A stretch of 64,000 nucleotides of DNA from a virus. Position 1 is the first letter of the stretch. Each line of letters starts with the position of its first letter. The stretch lies in the IMG/VR virus record IMGVR_UViG_3300046782_000589, one strand, 5' to 3'. Positions 1 through 11,189 of this stretch are shown here, piece after piece. A model generated the notes under the pieces. The model was not told the DNA's origin. It was given only the letters and a program-made list of their open reading frames with translations, and made no database searches. Position numbers and translations under genes: made by a program.

Positions 1-1
1 C

Positions 2-2431
2 GGTGGCGGGACTGGGCCAACCGGGCCGTATGGCGTCGGAGCGACTGGGCCGACTGGTATCGGATCTACCGGGCCGGCTGGTAGTGCTGGTCCGACTGGA
101 TTGACTGGACCCACTGGTGTTGCTGGTAGTGGTGGCAGCGCGGCGACGGCGATCGCCGACACGCCGCCGTCCAGCCCTTCCGCAGGCCAGCTCTGGTGGG
201 AGAGCGACTCGGGCAACCTGTTCATCTGGTACAACGACGGGAATTCGTCCCAGTGGGTGCCGGCCACGGCCAGCACGTCGAGCATCGCTAGTTCGGGTGG
301 CGGGTCGGGCACGACGCCGGGTTATGTCAACGTCAAAAACTTCGGAGCGATTGGCAATGGGTCGGCGAATTTGCTGTCTTCGCTTTACGGCACGCTCGCA
401 GCGGCGCAGGTGGTCTACCCAAAGGCAACGTCGCTGAGTGACAGCGCGGACTGGTGTGCCATCCAGCAGGCGATTGACTATGCGATTGAGAATAAATTTA
501 GCAACGTTCTTATGCCGGACGGTTCATATTATATATCGGACACTATCCATGTCGGATACGGGTTTATTAATGGGGGTACAAATTTCTGCGGCGTAGTGTT
601 GGAGGGGGTTGGCTATCACGCTGTCGCCGGTCTGCATAGTGGTACTGAGATTGTTCCGATGTTCAAGGATCGCCCAGCTATCAACCTTCAAGGTGGTCGA
701 CAGTCAGGAGTACGTGATCTTGCTGTTTATGGTCAAGATTTAATTGGTGATGTTGGTCTTAACCAGCCGCTTTCGTTTAGGCGCAACAAGGCGAATTACA
801 TACCTACAGGTTCCAAGGACGACCGGAATCAGCCGTATTGTGGTATTGCTGTTGATGGTTATTCTGGTTACGGGGTAACACCTAGTAATCCGTACCCAGT
901 TCCAAGGTATCCGGCGTGGGCTATGGGTGCAGGTGTCGCTAATCCATGGGCGGCTGCGCTATCGTCGCAGTGGTTTATTACCAACTGTTTGATCGTCAAT
1001 ACCATGATTGGTATTGCTGTGCAGCCATATCAGGACGGCAATGGTGATTTTGGTCGATTAACCAACACTTCCATCCAGTCATGCAAGGTGGCTCTTGCGG
1101 TGGGTAACTCGCAGGCACGTAATATGGATTTCTCCAACATGACGATGGATGGAAACCATACGTGCATAGATACTAGCAGTTACGGGCACGGCGTAGGAAA
1201 TATCCAGGGTAATTGGTCTAATCTGTCTCTGAGCTACAACTATCGCCTTTTCCACGGTAGTGGGGGTTGGAGCGAGCCGCTGTTTATCACCAGCATGTAT
1301 ACCGAAGGGGGCATAATTATCGGCGATTTCCTTGGTGGTCGCGTTACTTTTGATAGCTGCCTGTTCTCCATGTGGGACTCGACGTCGTCGGGGTCTACCA
1401 TCACTGAGTGGTCTCAGGAGCCCATCTATTATGGGCGTGCAGTGTTCCGTAATTGTGATTTCAATCAGAGAACTATTTATCATTTCGCTGGCGGCGCTAG
1501 CACGTTTCATAATTGCACATTCCAAGGATGGCCCAGTCCACTTACTTTACCAACTAATATGGACAAAGCCCTTGAGTTGTTTGGTCATGTCATAGTGGAC
1601 CTAGACAACGATACACGCCCTGGACCTAGTGTGTTTTCCGGGGTCAACACTCTAACGGTTCGATCTTATAATGGCGTACAAACTGCTGAGGTAGACGGTT
1701 ATAATGGTTTACGTGGGCGCTCGATATGGGGCGTGGGACAAAAGGATAACACGTACAGTTATATCTATGACCTATCCCCGATGACCCGATTCAATTTACA
1801 GTCTGGATCAATCGGGTCGTTGTCTGGTGTCACGCGCACGCTTACGCCAGCAGGCGACATTGGGGGCTCCTCGCGGGTTGGCGATGTGTTTTATACAATT
1901 GGGTATGCACACTACTATACAAGCTCGATCGGTTCCGGCCCCACGTTTGCTATGACGTTGAAGGCCCTGACATGGTTCAAGATGGCGGTCGGCGGGACGT
2001 ATTCCATGTTTACCGGTGCTGATACCGATCTTGCCGGTGCCCCTCTGGACCCGACTGCTCTAGGGCCGTCCGCCACTTACTACCCGGTGGGTATTCTCGA
2101 TCTTAGCCCTGCATCCGAGAACGCGGCGGACACGTTAGATCCGCAACCCAACGGGTTGTTCATGAAGACGACGGTTGGATCGCCGACGGTCAACTTCATC
2201 AGCTACGCGAGTGACACCGAGACAGCAGCCAACCGGCCAACCGAACTCTTGATTACGTCGAAGCCGCTGTGGATTGGTGTCGATACACGGCTTGGCGGCA
2301 ATGTTGTGCCGTTTCCCAAGTACACCACCATCAGCAATCTGACGCCGACTGCAACCAGTATCACGATGTCAGCCAACGCACTTGTGACCGGCGTGTGGCT
2401 CTACGGGCCGGGGATCAAGAGGATTCGATGA
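2..2431 (+). CDS. Tail spike/fibre, 5'-truncated: collagen-like N-terminus plus pectate-lyase-like beta-helix
   Basis: Frame is open from position 2 (GPTG repeats) through ORF 101..2431. [19 protein letters not shown] linker and [13 protein letters not shown] start motif are typical of beta-helix tailspikes; body is visibly lower GC. Confidence 0.8.
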   Translation, partial: GGGTGPTGPYGVGATGPTGIGSTGPAGSAGPTGLTGPTGVAGSGGSAATAIADTPPSSPSAGQLWWESDSGNLFIWYNDGNSSQWVPATASTSSIASSGGGSGTTPGYVNVKNFGAIGNGSANLLSSLYGTLAAAQVVYPKATSLSDSADWCAIQQAIDYAIENKFSNVLMPDGSYYISDTIHVGYGFINGGTNFCGVVLEGVGYHAVAGLHSGTEIVPMFKDRPAINLQGGRQSGVRDLAVYGQDLIGDVGLNQPLSFRRNKANYIPTGSKDDRNQPYCGIAVDGYSGYGVTPSNPYPVPRYPAWAMGAGVANPWAAALSSQWFITNCLIVNTMIGIAVQPYQDGNGDFGRLTNTSIQSCKVALAVGNSQARNMDFSNMTMDGNHTCIDTSSYGHGVGNIQGNWSNLSLSYNYRLFHGSGGWSEPLFITSMYTEGGIIIGDFLGGRVTFDSCLFSMWDSTSSGSTITEWSQEPIYYGRAVFRNCDFNQRTIYHFAGGASTFHNCTFQGWPSPLTLPTNMDKALELFGHVIVDLDNDTRPGPSVFSGVNTLTVRSYNGVQTAEVDGYNGLRGRSIWGVGQKDNTYSYIYDLSPMTRFNLQSGSIGSLSGVTRTLTPAGDIGGSSRVGDVFYTIGYAHYYTSSIGSGPTFAMTLKALTWFKMAVGGTYSMFTGADTDLAGAPLDPTALGPSATYYPVGILDLSPASENAADTLDPQPNGLFMKTTVGSPTVNFISYASDTETAANRPTELLITSKPLWIGVDTRLGGNVVPFPKYTTISNLTPTATSITMSANALVTGVWLYGPGIKRIR

Positions 2432-2871
2432 GTTTTGATTTCCCCAATTCTCCGACGGTTGGCCAAGTGTATGGCCAGTACACCTGGGATGGGCAGAAGT
2501 GGACCTTGACGCCTGCTGGGGGCGCGACGGGTCCGACTGGGGTAGCGGGTCCGACTGGCCCTGGTGCAGGAACTGGTGGGGCCGGCGGGACCGGACCAAC
2601 GGGTCCGGCTGGTGTGGCCGGTGGTGCTGGCGCTGCGGGAGCAACGGGTCCTACGGGTTCAGCCGGGTCGGCTGGTAGTGCTGGCGTAACCGGTCCGACT
2701 GGATCGATTGGTGCGACCGGTGCCGGCGGTGTCGGATCGCTTGGTCCGACGGGTCCGACCGGGTCTGCTGGTGGGGCTGGTGTGACAGGAGCAACCGGTG
2801 CAGGTGGGGCTGGGCCAACGGGTCCGACCGGGCCTTATGCAACGGTGATATATGCCGGGAGTTTCTTCTAA
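2428..2871 (+). CDS. Short collagen-like (GPT/GAT) tail-associated protein
   Basis: ATGA overlap with the upstream stop; [15 protein letters not shown]...TWDGQKW followed by G-X-T repeats. Confidence 0.8.
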   Translation: MSFDFPNSPTVGQVYGQYTWDGQKWTLTPAGGATGPTGVAGPTGPGAGTGGAGGTGPTGPAGVAGGAGAAGATGPTGSAGSAGSAGVTGPTGSIGATGAGGVGSLGPTGPTGSAGGAGVTGATGAGGAGPTGPTGPYATVIYAGSFF

Positions 2872-4655
2872 TGGCCTATTACGACACCACTTGGTACTGC
2901 AATTTCGGCAACGGCACGACGACTGGCTATTATGCGGTGACTGTTCGTCCGCAGAATGCGGCGGTTGCTGCCGGGCAGTTGTGCCGACAATTCACTGCGC
3001 CGGCAGTCAACAGTGAGCGCGTGTTCGTCTGCATTATCGCGGGCACTACGGCAAACGTCACTGATGCGACGTGGGTGCTGACGCGCGGCGCCAAGACAGT
3101 CGACGGCACGGCGACGTGGATGGAAGTTAGCGGCATTGCTGCTGTCAATGGTGACAAGACCAACACCGTCAACTGGACGCAGGCGAAAGCGATCGGTACG
3201 CCTACGCTCGGTACGATCATTCAACGTAGCAATGGTGCGAGCTATTGGATTTGCACTACGGCGGGTGCTTTGGGTGCGAGTGAACCCGCATGGGCGAACG
3301 ATACGGCCGGTACTACGCAGGCTGATAGCACGACAACATGGACGTGTCTTGGCGTGGTTGGTAACTTCACTGGCGGGCAGGCGCCACACGCGCGGTTGCA
3401 GAATGTCTGCACAACTAACTGGTTTGCGGCAGGTAACAGCTGCTACGTCGGCGATAATCATGCCGAGTCGCAGACGACGGCTATCACTATCGCCCCTGCT
3501 GGATCGATTTCGACCATTGACAAGATAATCTGCCACAACCACTCGGGCAGCTATCCTCCGGGGGCTTCCGATCTGAGAACGACCGCGACGATTTCAACCA
3601 CGGCGGCAGCTAGCATCACGATTAACGCCGGCGGCGCTATGGGGTATTATTTCTACGGATTGCAATTTTTACTCGGAGTTGGCACATCCGGTTTTACGCA
3701 ATTTCTCTCAACGAGCAATCTGGCGTTTTTGTTTTATGATGCGTGTCTTTTTAAGTTGGCTTCAACTGGCTCGTCGAACACCATAAATATCAATGCGTTT
3801 GCGGCTGCGGGATTTCAAATATGGAACAACTGTACGGTATATTTTGGTCATGCGCTAAACTATATCAGTATTGGTGACGTATTCTGGACATGGCAAAATA
3901 CCGGACCCATTCTGGCGAGCGGATCGGTGGTTCCTACCAATGGTTTATTGAACCCTCCAAGCAACGGCTGTATCAGCAATGTGACGCTTGAAGCTCTGGA
4001 TCTCAGCCAGATCACGACCAGTCTTACTACCGCGTCGACCGAAACCAAAATTCTTTTGGTTAAGGACTGCAAGCTGAACGCTGGGATGACGGTAGCGGTG
4101 CCAAACGCTCCCGGTCAAACCGTCCAGTTTGTGCGTTCCGATTCAGCCGCGACCGCCTACAAGTCCACCCGCTACGCCTACGAGGGCGCCGAGACGACCG
4201 AGACATCCATCGTGCGTACTGGGGGTTCGGTCGATCCAACCGGACAGGCGCAGTCGCGCAAGATCGTCACTACGGCAAATTCGCAGTGGCTGCGGCCGTT
4301 CAAGGCCGAACCGTATGCGATCTGGAATTCGACTGTTGGGTCGAGTGTTACCGTGACGGTATGCGGGGTGACTGGTGCTGGTGGATTGCCGAACAACGAT
4401 GACGTCTGGCTGGAGTGCGAGTACCTCGGATCGTCGGCAAGTCCGCTGGGCACGATCGTCACCACGACCAAGTCGAATGTGTTGGCGGCGAATGCAGCGG
4501 TGGCATCGGATAGTTCGTCGTGGGGCGGTGGTGTTACGGCTTTCAAGCTTGCCACCACGATCACGCCCCAGCTGCCCGGCTACATCCACGCGCGTGTCCG
4601 TGCCGCCAAGGCGTCCGCGACCTATTACATCGATCCAAAGGTCACACTGACATGA
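2871..4655 (+). CDS. Putative tail fibre/receptor-binding protein
   Basis: 594 aa Thr/Gly/Ala-rich ORF, translationally coupled within the tail gene cluster; lower-GC central segment. Confidence 0.65.
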   Translation: MAYYDTTWYCNFGNGTTTGYYAVTVRPQNAAVAAGQLCRQFTAPAVNSERVFVCIIAGTTANVTDATWVLTRGAKTVDGTATWMEVSGIAAVNGDKTNTVNWTQAKAIGTPTLGTIIQRSNGASYWICTTAGALGASEPAWANDTAGTTQADSTTTWTCLGVVGNFTGGQAPHARLQNVCTTNWFAAGNSCYVGDNHAESQTTAITIAPAGSISTIDKIICHNHSGSYPPGASDLRTTATISTTAAASITINAGGAMGYYFYGLQFLLGVGTSGFTQFLSTSNLAFLFYDACLFKLASTGSSNTININAFAAAGFQIWNNCTVYFGHALNYISIGDVFWTWQNTGPILASGSVVPTNGLLNPPSNGCISNVTLEALDLSQITTSLTTASTETKILLVKDCKLNAGMTVAVPNAPGQTVQFVRSDSAATAYKSTRYAYEGAETTETSIVRTGGSVDPTGQAQSRKIVTTANSQWLRPFKAEPYAIWNSTVGSSVTVTVCGVTGAGGLPNNDDVWLECEYLGSSASPLGTIVTTTKSNVLAANAAVASDSSSWGGGVTAFKLATTITPQLPGYIHARVRAAKASATYYIDPKVTLT

Positions 4656-5374
4656 CCCAGAACGTCCCCGCTCCTATTATGGCGCAGCCGGTCGTGGTGA
4701 TCGGCGGCCATACCGGACCCTCGGGTGGTCCGACCGGACCCTCCGGCCCGTTCGGACCGACCGGTCCTCTCGGCCTGACTGGCCCGCCTGGTCCGACCGG
4801 GCTCGGGCCGACCGGGCACACCGGCGCTACCGGGCTTGGAGCCTTCACCGGTCCGACCGGGATGACCGGACCGCCGGGGATCGGCTCGCCGTCGACGGTG
4901 GCAGGCCCCACCGGCGATACTGGTCCGACTGGCGTAACCGGTCCTGTCGGGACCGATGTATCACGGACCCGTTCGGCAATTTCAATAGGGCCGTTCGGTC
5001 CCTACGGGACTTCGGCAACGGCAGTCGGTCTTGGCTTTACTTATACGCCCCAGTCTACCGGCTATATTTTTGTCACGATCGCCGGTCTGTCGCGCAACTC
5101 GACTGGCGGTGGTGGGGCCGGTACGACGGTTTCCGGTCGCTATGGCACTGGCACACCCCCGGTTGCAGGTGCAACAGCCGGACTGGGCACGCTGTTTGGC
5201 GCTTCCCAGCGCACTTATGGCGTGGACAGTGCGGACTACACCGGGTTCACGGTAACGGCCATCATCAGTGGCCTGTCCATTGGAACGCCGTGCTGGTTCG
5301 ATCTTGCTGTTTTGTCGACGGCAGGTTCGACTGCCTATGTGCAAGATCTGCAGTACACCATGGTCGAGTTCTGA
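4652..5374 (+). CDS. Collagen-like tail protein with globular C-terminal domain
   Basis: ATGA overlap at 4652; [19 protein letters not shown] followed by G-P-T repeats. Confidence 0.8.
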   Translation: MTQNVPAPIMAQPVVVIGGHTGPSGGPTGPSGPFGPTGPLGLTGPPGPTGLGPTGHTGATGLGAFTGPTGMTGPPGIGSPSTVAGPTGDTGPTGVTGPVGTDVSRTRSAISIGPFGPYGTSATAVGLGFTYTPQSTGYIFVTIAGLSRNSTGGGGAGTTVSGRYGTGTPPVAGATAGLGTLFGASQRTYGVDSADYTGFTVTAIISGLSIGTPCWFDLAVLSTAGSTAYVQDLQYTMVEF

Positions 5375-5375
5375 C

Positions 5376-6704
5376 ATGGCCGGGATCCCCGCAGCTCCGG
5401 TAATGACCCGCCCGGTCGTGGTGGTGTCGGGTCCGGTTGGGCCGCCCGGCGGTGTTGGTCCCGCTGGTCCAACCGGTCCGGCCGGCGGTCCGACCGGTGC
5501 TGCAGGTTTTACTGGTGCTCAGGGAGCACTGGGCAATGTCGGTCCGATCGGTCCAACAGGATCACCGGGAGCAGCTGCCGCAACGGGTGCGACCGGTCCC
5601 GCGGGCGTGGCAGGGCCAACGGGGGCGACAGGTGTCCCCGGGCAGGCGGCTGCCGTGGGTGCGACCGGATCGACAGGAGCAACTGGACCACAGGGGCCAG
5701 TCGGGTTCGGAGGAGCAAACGGGCCGCAGGGCGTGATCGGGCCGACCGGACCGGCAGGCGCTGCCGGCACCGCGGGGATAGCGGGCGCGGCAGGCACTCC
5801 TGGTGTAACCGGCGCCACCGGACCAGTTGGTGTGACGGGAGCTGGCGCACCCGGACCGATGGGACCGGTAGGGCCGTCGGGGCCGCAGGGGGCCGCCGGC
5901 GCGACCGGACCGACCGGTCTGGGGTTTACCGGTGTGACCGGCCCGGCCGGTTTCGCGTCGACGACCGGCGCGACCGGGCCGACTGGTCCGGGAGTCGGCG
6001 CCACCGGGCCGACCGGAGCCGAGGGCTATAACGGCATTGACGGGCCGACTGGTCGTACCGGACCGACCGGTCCGATAGGCATTACCGGCCTGCAGGGCAA
6101 CAACGGCGCGACCGGACCGACCGGGATGACGGGACCGTTCGGCGTCGGTCCGACCGGCCTCGGGGCGACCGGGCCAACCGGCAACATCGGACCGACCGGC
6201 AATACCGGGACAACCGGGCCAACGGGACTGTTTGGTCCGGCCGGCGTGACCGGGCCCGGCGGTTCGACCGGACCGACCGGAGCGCCGCCTTCAACCAAGG
6301 ATGCGTTCCGCGCCAAGATGGCGACCAACCAGACCGGTATTCCGAATAGCATCAACACCAAGGTGAGCTTCACCACCGAGGTGTTTGACATCAACAACAA
6401 GTACGACTCGACCAATTCGCGCTGGACCCCGGTGGCCGGCACGGTGGTGATCGGTGCCGGCCTGCTGTTCCTGTCCGGCATCCGCAACAACACGTTTCCG
6501 CAGGTGATGATTTTCAAGAACGGCGGCTGTATCGCCCAGTCCGGCGCGCAGACCTCGACCGACACGTCGATCGCGCCGATCACGATCGTGGATTATGCCA
6601 ACGGCACCGACTACTACGAGTGCTACGCCAATGCGTCGTCGGCTGGCACGTCGACGATCGGTGCGGTCAATTTCGTCACGACATTCTACGGAGCGGCGCT
6701 GTGA
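5376..6704 (+). CDS. Collagen-like protein with C-terminal C1q-like domain
   Basis: About 300 aa of G-X-Y (GPT/GAT) repeats, then [14 protein letters not shown]...[15 protein letters not shown], a C1q/TNF-like pattern. Confidence 0.75.
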   Translation: MAGIPAAPVMTRPVVVVSGPVGPPGGVGPAGPTGPAGGPTGAAGFTGAQGALGNVGPIGPTGSPGAAAATGATGPAGVAGPTGATGVPGQAAAVGATGSTGATGPQGPVGFGGANGPQGVIGPTGPAGAAGTAGIAGAAGTPGVTGATGPVGVTGAGAPGPMGPVGPSGPQGAAGATGPTGLGFTGVTGPAGFASTTGATGPTGPGVGATGPTGAEGYNGIDGPTGRTGPTGPIGITGLQGNNGATGPTGMTGPFGVGPTGLGATGPTGNIGPTGNTGTTGPTGLFGPAGVTGPGGSTGPTGAPPSTKDAFRAKMATNQTGIPNSINTKVSFTTEVFDINNKYDSTNSRWTPVAGTVVIGAGLLFLSGIRNNTFPQVMIFKNGGCIAQSGAQTSTDTSIAPITIVDYANGTDYYECYANASSAGTSTIGAVNFVTTFYGAAL

Positions 6705-6829
6705 GTGATACACTGTTTGTGTTGGAGGAAGACCGGGTCCTAGTGGTCGTCGAAGGGGACGACCGTGTGATCGTGGTTCCCGCAGAGTGGCGGGTCATCG
6801 AGGTGCAAGAAGATGGCACTGCTGGGTAG
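6701..6829 (+). CDS. Small hypothetical protein (42 aa)
   Basis: GTGA overlap with the upstream stop; its end overlaps the next start. Confidence 0.5.
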   Translation: MSDTLFVLEEDRVLVVVEGDDRVIVVPAEWRVIEVQEDGTAG

Positions 6830-7097
6830 CAAGCAACATACGGTCGGCAACACCACGCGGTGGAACGTCAACTACGCCCTGTGGCTGGAGAAGGACGGCG
6901 CCAACATCGAGCAGATCGACGTGGAGTCAAACTCGCCTACTTGCACGGTTGCCAACATCTCGGTTCTCGGTCCGGACGTGTTTTTCTTCCTGACTGGCGG
7001 GACGCTGAACGAGCGCCTGATGGTCGCGTTGACCATGACGGATAATATCGGAAACATCAAAAACGACACGATCGCCTTTACGGTCGTGGCAGCATAG
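6813..7097 (+). CDS. Putative fibre-tail adaptor protein
   Basis: 94 aa; RWNVNYALWL...LTGGTLNERLMV pattern and position after the fibre genes. Confidence 0.55.
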   Translation: MALLGSKQHTVGNTTRWNVNYALWLEKDGANIEQIDVESNSPTCTVANISVLGPDVFFFLTGGTLNERLMVALTMTDNIGNIKNDTIAFTVVAA

Positions 7098-7106
7098 GAG
7101 AGCAAA

Positions 7107-7499
7107 ATGGCCAAGCATCCCAACAAGCGGCACGATGATGACGAGGACGACGAGAAGATGGAGTCGGTGAAGCATCACGAAGAGCGCAAGACCAAGATCC
7201 AGGAGGAGAACAAGGCGAACGAGGCCGTCACCAAGGAGCTGGCCGAGAACCAGGAGATCGCCAATTTCCACGGCCTGCCGCAGGAGGGCGAGACGCGCGA
7301 GCAACTGCTCGAACGCATTCGCAAACTGCGTGAGCATCCAGAGCCGACGGAAACCACGCTGTTCCGCTCCGAGGGTCTGCAGAAGGAATTCGATGCCGAG
7401 GTGAAAGCTGGCCGGGAGGCTGTGGCCAAGGCCGAGGCCGAGATGAAGCGCAATGCGGCGGCCGTGACCAAGGCCGAGGGGGAAAAAAAGGTGGAGTAG
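7107..7499 (+). CDS. Hypothetical charged protein
   Basis: AGGAG RBS; 130 aa highly charged ORF with phage-like codon use. Confidence 0.7.
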   Translation: MAKHPNKRHDDDEDDEKMESVKHHEERKTKIQEENKANEAVTKELAENQEIANFHGLPQEGETREQLLERIRKLREHPEPTETTLFRSEGLQKEFDAEVKAGREAVAKAEAEMKRNAAAVTKAEGEKKVE

Positions 7500-7604
7500 C
7501 CGGGTGGAGGCTCGGATGGAGCCGGTATTTCATCCGAACCCATCGATGGACGAACAGTACCCGGCGACTGGCGCCACGCTGGGCAAGCGAAAGACGGGTT
7601 ACCG

Positions 7605-9890
7605 ATGACGGCGTACAAAATCGACAAGTTCGGCGGCATGCTCCCGGCCTGGGACACGCGCCTGCTCCCCGAGGGGCAGGCGGATTACTCCATCAACTCT
7701 TATCTGTTCTCCGGCGCGCTGATCGGCTGGCGCCAGCCCAAGCTGCTGTACATTCTGCGTAACAGCGCCGCCAAGTACGTCTATCGTCTCCCCAACCGCG
7801 ACACCAACAACACGGCGATAACGGCGATCGACTCGTTCTGGATGGAATTCCCCGATCCGGACACGACCGTGATGCACTCGCCTGTCGTGCAGGACGAGTG
7901 GCAACGCTACTACTGGGCCAGCGCCTCCGACGTTCCGAAGTACAATACGTATGACCGCATCACGAGCGGGCAGCACGAGTGGATTCTCGGCGTGCCGGCA
8001 TCGGGCTGCACGCCGGGTGTGACGGTCGAGGGTGGTGGTGACACCATGCAGGTCGGCAATGCAACGCAACGTCCGGAGGACGCTGGTGCTGTCGACTATC
8101 GACCGGGCAACAGCATCTTCCTGACGCCAATCGTGCCATCCGGGTCGATGTTGACCGAGTCGGTCAGTTTCGTGCCGGCATCGGATGATCCGGCGATCAA
8201 CTACAAGGCGGTCGTCTATACCGATCTCAATGGCGCACCGTACCAGTTGATCGGAACTGGCGACCAGGCCACCGGTATTTCTGCCGGCAATCCGGCGACC
8301 AGCTCTTTTACCAACGGTGTCTCGGTTATCGCCAACAAGACCTATTGGATCGGCATCGCGCACGACAATCCGTTCACCATGAATGTTGCTGACACGCGCG
8401 TCAGCAATGGCGCCACCACGAGCAACACCTACTCCAACGGTCCGCCCACCCCTATTGCCGCTACCGGCCACATGCCGGTCTGGCAGATGTACGGCAACCT
8501 GCTTGGTGCCTCGGTGTTCGAGGCGCGCGGTTATGTCTACACCTGGGTCACGGAGTACGGCGAGGAGGGTCCGCCGTCGGAGCCCGTGGTGGTGAACGGT
8601 TGGTCGAACGCGGTCTGGACCATCAACTGCTTCCAGCCGATGCCGGAGAACATGGGTGTGGACTACATCGACCCGGCCGATGGGCTGCTCAAGCAGGCCA
8701 AGCGTAACATCACCACGACCCGCATCTACCGCACGATCTCCAACCAGGCCGGGCAGGGGACGTATTTCTTCGTGACCGAGATGCCGGTCACCCAGGCGGT
8801 CTTCCAGGACACGATCGCCGACGACGTGGTGGCGCTTAATTCCCAGCTCGTGTCGCTGTTCTGGTTCGCGCCGCCGGAGGACCTGCAGGCGATCATCCCG
8901 TTTCCGAACGGCATCGCGGTTGGCTTCCGCAAGAACGAGATCTGGTTCAGTGAGGCCTACCGGCCGCACGCTTGGCCGCCGGGCTACGTTATCACGACCG
9001 AGTTTCCGATCGTCGGCATCGGCGTGTGCGGGCAGGCGATCGTGGCCTGCACGCAGGGCAATCCCTACGTGGCGAACGGCGTCAATCCATCGAGCATGGC
9101 GTTGACCAAGATCAACCTGCCGGAGCCGTGCCTGCACCGCGGCTCGATCGTCACGACCGACACGACAGTGCTCTATGTCTCGCAGAACGGCCTGATCCAG
9201 ATCAGCCAGTCGGGCGCCGGCGACAACATGACGGAAGGGTGGATTTCGCGTGAGAGATGGCAGGCGTTGACACCGCACGCGCGCGTGCGGGCAATCAAGC
9301 ACACGTCGGCTTATTTTGCCTTTGGCGGCGATCCGATCCGCGACGGCTTCACGGTCGAGCTGTCGAGCGAAGACAAGACATCGTTCACCATCTGGCCGCA
9401 GGCGGGTGGACATCGGCTGGGGTTCAACAAGCTGACCAGTCCCAACGAGTTCGACATTGACAACGTCGAGGTCGATCCGTGGACCGGCACCGGTCTGCTG
9501 GTGCAGGCAGGGGGTGTCTGGTACTACGACTTCGCCGACCAGTCGCCGACCATCGTACCATATCGCTGGCGGTCGAAGACCTACCAGCAGCTGGCACGCA
9601 AGAACTTCGAAGCCATGCGGGTCTGGTTCACGGTGCCGGACACGACACCGCCGCAGACAACGCGGGACACTTCGTACCCGCAACTGAGCCTGGGTGCCAA
9701 CCAGTACGGGATCATCCGTGTCTATGTGGACGGTGAGGTGTGGACCACGCGCGAGTTGCGAACGAGCGGCGAGCTCTTGCGGATCTTCTCCGGCATCAAG
9801 GGCGAGCAGTGGCAGTTCGAGATCGAAGGCAGGGTCAATGTCAGCAACCTGCAGGTCGCCACCAGCGTGAAGGAGCTTGGAACGGTATGA
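7605..9890 (+). CDS. Putative tail tubular/nozzle protein
   Basis: 761 aa; N-terminal KIDKFGGMLP..LLPEGQA and YVYTWVTEYGEEGPPSEP motifs that I associate with podovirus tail nozzle-like proteins; precedes the ejection genes. Confidence 0.65.
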   Translation: MTAYKIDKFGGMLPAWDTRLLPEGQADYSINSYLFSGALIGWRQPKLLYILRNSAAKYVYRLPNRDTNNTAITAIDSFWMEFPDPDTTVMHSPVVQDEWQRYYWASASDVPKYNTYDRITSGQHEWILGVPASGCTPGVTVEGGGDTMQVGNATQRPEDAGAVDYRPGNSIFLTPIVPSGSMLTESVSFVPASDDPAINYKAVVYTDLNGAPYQLIGTGDQATGISAGNPATSSFTNGVSVIANKTYWIGIAHDNPFTMNVADTRVSNGATTSNTYSNGPPTPIAATGHMPVWQMYGNLLGASVFEARGYVYTWVTEYGEEGPPSEPVVVNGWSNAVWTINCFQPMPENMGVDYIDPADGLLKQAKRNITTTRIYRTISNQAGQGTYFFVTEMPVTQAVFQDTIADDVVALNSQLVSLFWFAPPEDLQAIIPFPNGIAVGFRKNEIWFSEAYRPHAWPPGYVITTEFPIVGIGVCGQAIVACTQGNPYVANGVNPSSMALTKINLPEPCLHRGSIVTTDTTVLYVSQNGLIQISQSGAGDNMTEGWISRERWQALTPHARVRAIKHTSAYFAFGGDPIRDGFTVELSSEDKTSFTIWPQAGGHRLGFNKLTSPNEFDIDNVEVDPWTGTGLLVQAGGVWYYDFADQSPTIVPYRWRSKTYQQLARKNFEAMRVWFTVPDTTPPQTTRDTSYPQLSLGANQYGIIRVYVDGEVWTTRELRTSGELLRIFSGIKGEQWQFEIEGRVNVSNLQVATSVKELGTV

Positions 9891-10258
9891 GCAACGCACC
9901 GATTTGTCCGGTCAGTCGCAGCCAGCCGACGACCAGAACGCCTGCCCTCACTGTTGCTACCATTCCGCACGCGCACGATCTGCGCTCGGTCATCAACGCC
10001 ATCAGTGTCATGAACAATGTCGTGCAGAGCATCACGCGCGGGGCGCCGCAGTTCAACAATGCGGTTCCACCGACCGTAGCCGGCATCCCTTCGCCTCCTG
10101 CAACGCCGCGCAATACCTGGGAGGAGACCAGCCGCAACTATCGCAGGAATCAGATTGTCAATCCCGATGACAAGACCCAGATCATCAAGATCATGACTAT
10201 CGCCAGCGTTGAATGGACGGAACAGCAGACCGGGAAGAAACTCGTCTACGAGGGGTGA
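9887..10258 (+). CDS. Tail-associated protein, paralog 1 of 3
   Basis: ATGA overlap; N-terminal APICPVSRSQP...IPHAHDL motif shared with the next two ORFs. Confidence 0.7.
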   Translation: MSNAPICPVSRSQPTTRTPALTVATIPHAHDLRSVINAISVMNNVVQSITRGAPQFNNAVPPTVAGIPSPPATPRNTWEETSRNYRRNQIVNPDDKTQIIKIMTIASVEWTEQQTGKKLVYEG

Positions 10259-10261
10259 GCG

Positions 10262-10681
10262 GTGCCGATCTATTTCAATGATGTCGCGCCGTTCTGTCCG
10301 GTCAGTCGTGATCAGCCGACAGGGCCATCGACAGCTCCCAGCATACGGACAACCATCCCGCGCGCGTTTGACCTGGCTTCGGCGCTTGCGGCGGCCAATA
10401 TTGCCCGGACCATCATAAACCAGGTTATTAACAACGTGCATGTCGTCCACCAACCGTCAAGCAGGACTATTGATGCGCGAAAGAAATCGCGTTGGAAGGA
10501 GCAGACGTCATCCCGGGTCACACGTAAATACAAATATTACGTCGAGGACGCGCATGGTAATCCAGACAAGGACTCTTGGGTTATGACCGAGCGTATCGAG
10601 CATATGGTGTGGGTAGACAGCGTGTGGCGCACCTCGCTTACCTGGACGTACGGGGACAAGGGGGAAGGTGAGCCCCAATGA
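10262..10681 (+). CDS. Tail-associated protein, paralog 2 of 3
   Basis: APFCPVSRDQP...IPRAFDL motif. Confidence 0.7.
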   Translation: MPIYFNDVAPFCPVSRDQPTGPSTAPSIRTTIPRAFDLASALAAANIARTIINQVINNVHVVHQPSSRTIDARKKSRWKEQTSSRVTRKYKYYVEDAHGNPDKDSWVMTERIEHMVWVDSVWRTSLTWTYGDKGEGEPQ

Positions 10682-11184
10682 ATGCCCCGGTCTGCAGGAT
10701 CAGTCGAAGCCAGCCGGCATCCCAAATGCCGTCGAGACTGCTGCCGGCAATCCCGGTAGCGACCGACCTGTCTTCACTCATCCGGGCGGTCAACATCATG
10801 CGGGACATCCTGCGGACTGTCACGACCAGCCTGACGGTCAACAACACGTACCAGTCGGACCCGTTACCGTCCTTTACCATCCTCAGTACGGATTTTCCGG
10901 AGTGGAAGCAAACCGGCACCGACACTTCGACCGGATTTGTTTTCTACAAGTCCCAGAGTGGATCGGACCCCACCCAGCGCGCCTATGTTCAGCGTATTGA
11001 TGCTGTGGCGTTCACCAACCAGACTATTTACGATGACAATCTTTTCATGTGGCGGCTGAATAAGCCGCTCAATTCAGAATCAGGTGATACCAAAGGGCTG
11101 CAGCCGTTCCAGGAGGATTTTTTCGAACGGGTCGTCAATGTGCATTGGTCGCTGGGTCTTGCAGTGGAATTTTTCGACGGATAA
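10678..11184 (+). CDS. Tail-associated protein, paralog 3 of 3
   Basis: APVCRISRSQP...IPVATDL motif. Confidence 0.7.
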   Translation: MNAPVCRISRSQPASQMPSRLLPAIPVATDLSSLIRAVNIMRDILRTVTTSLTVNNTYQSDPLPSFTILSTDFPEWKQTGTDTSTGFVFYKSQSGSDPTQRAYVQRIDAVAFTNQTIYDDNLFMWRLNKPLNSESGDTKGLQPFQEDFFERVVNVHWSLGLAVEFFDG

Positions 11185-11189
11185 AAATA

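Noticed and set aside
3285-3305. Gapped self-match of array C block GC TG GC AA GA to the AWAND codons of the tail gene
   Set aside because: Only 10 specified bases, flanking units mismatch, and many such hits are expected by chance across both strands.
7599-9899. Long antisense and alternative-frame ORFs (also 18600-20174, 25001-26833, 25164-26678)
   Set aside because: Shadows of real high-GC genes; Arg/Ala-rich, without RBS or recognisable motifs.
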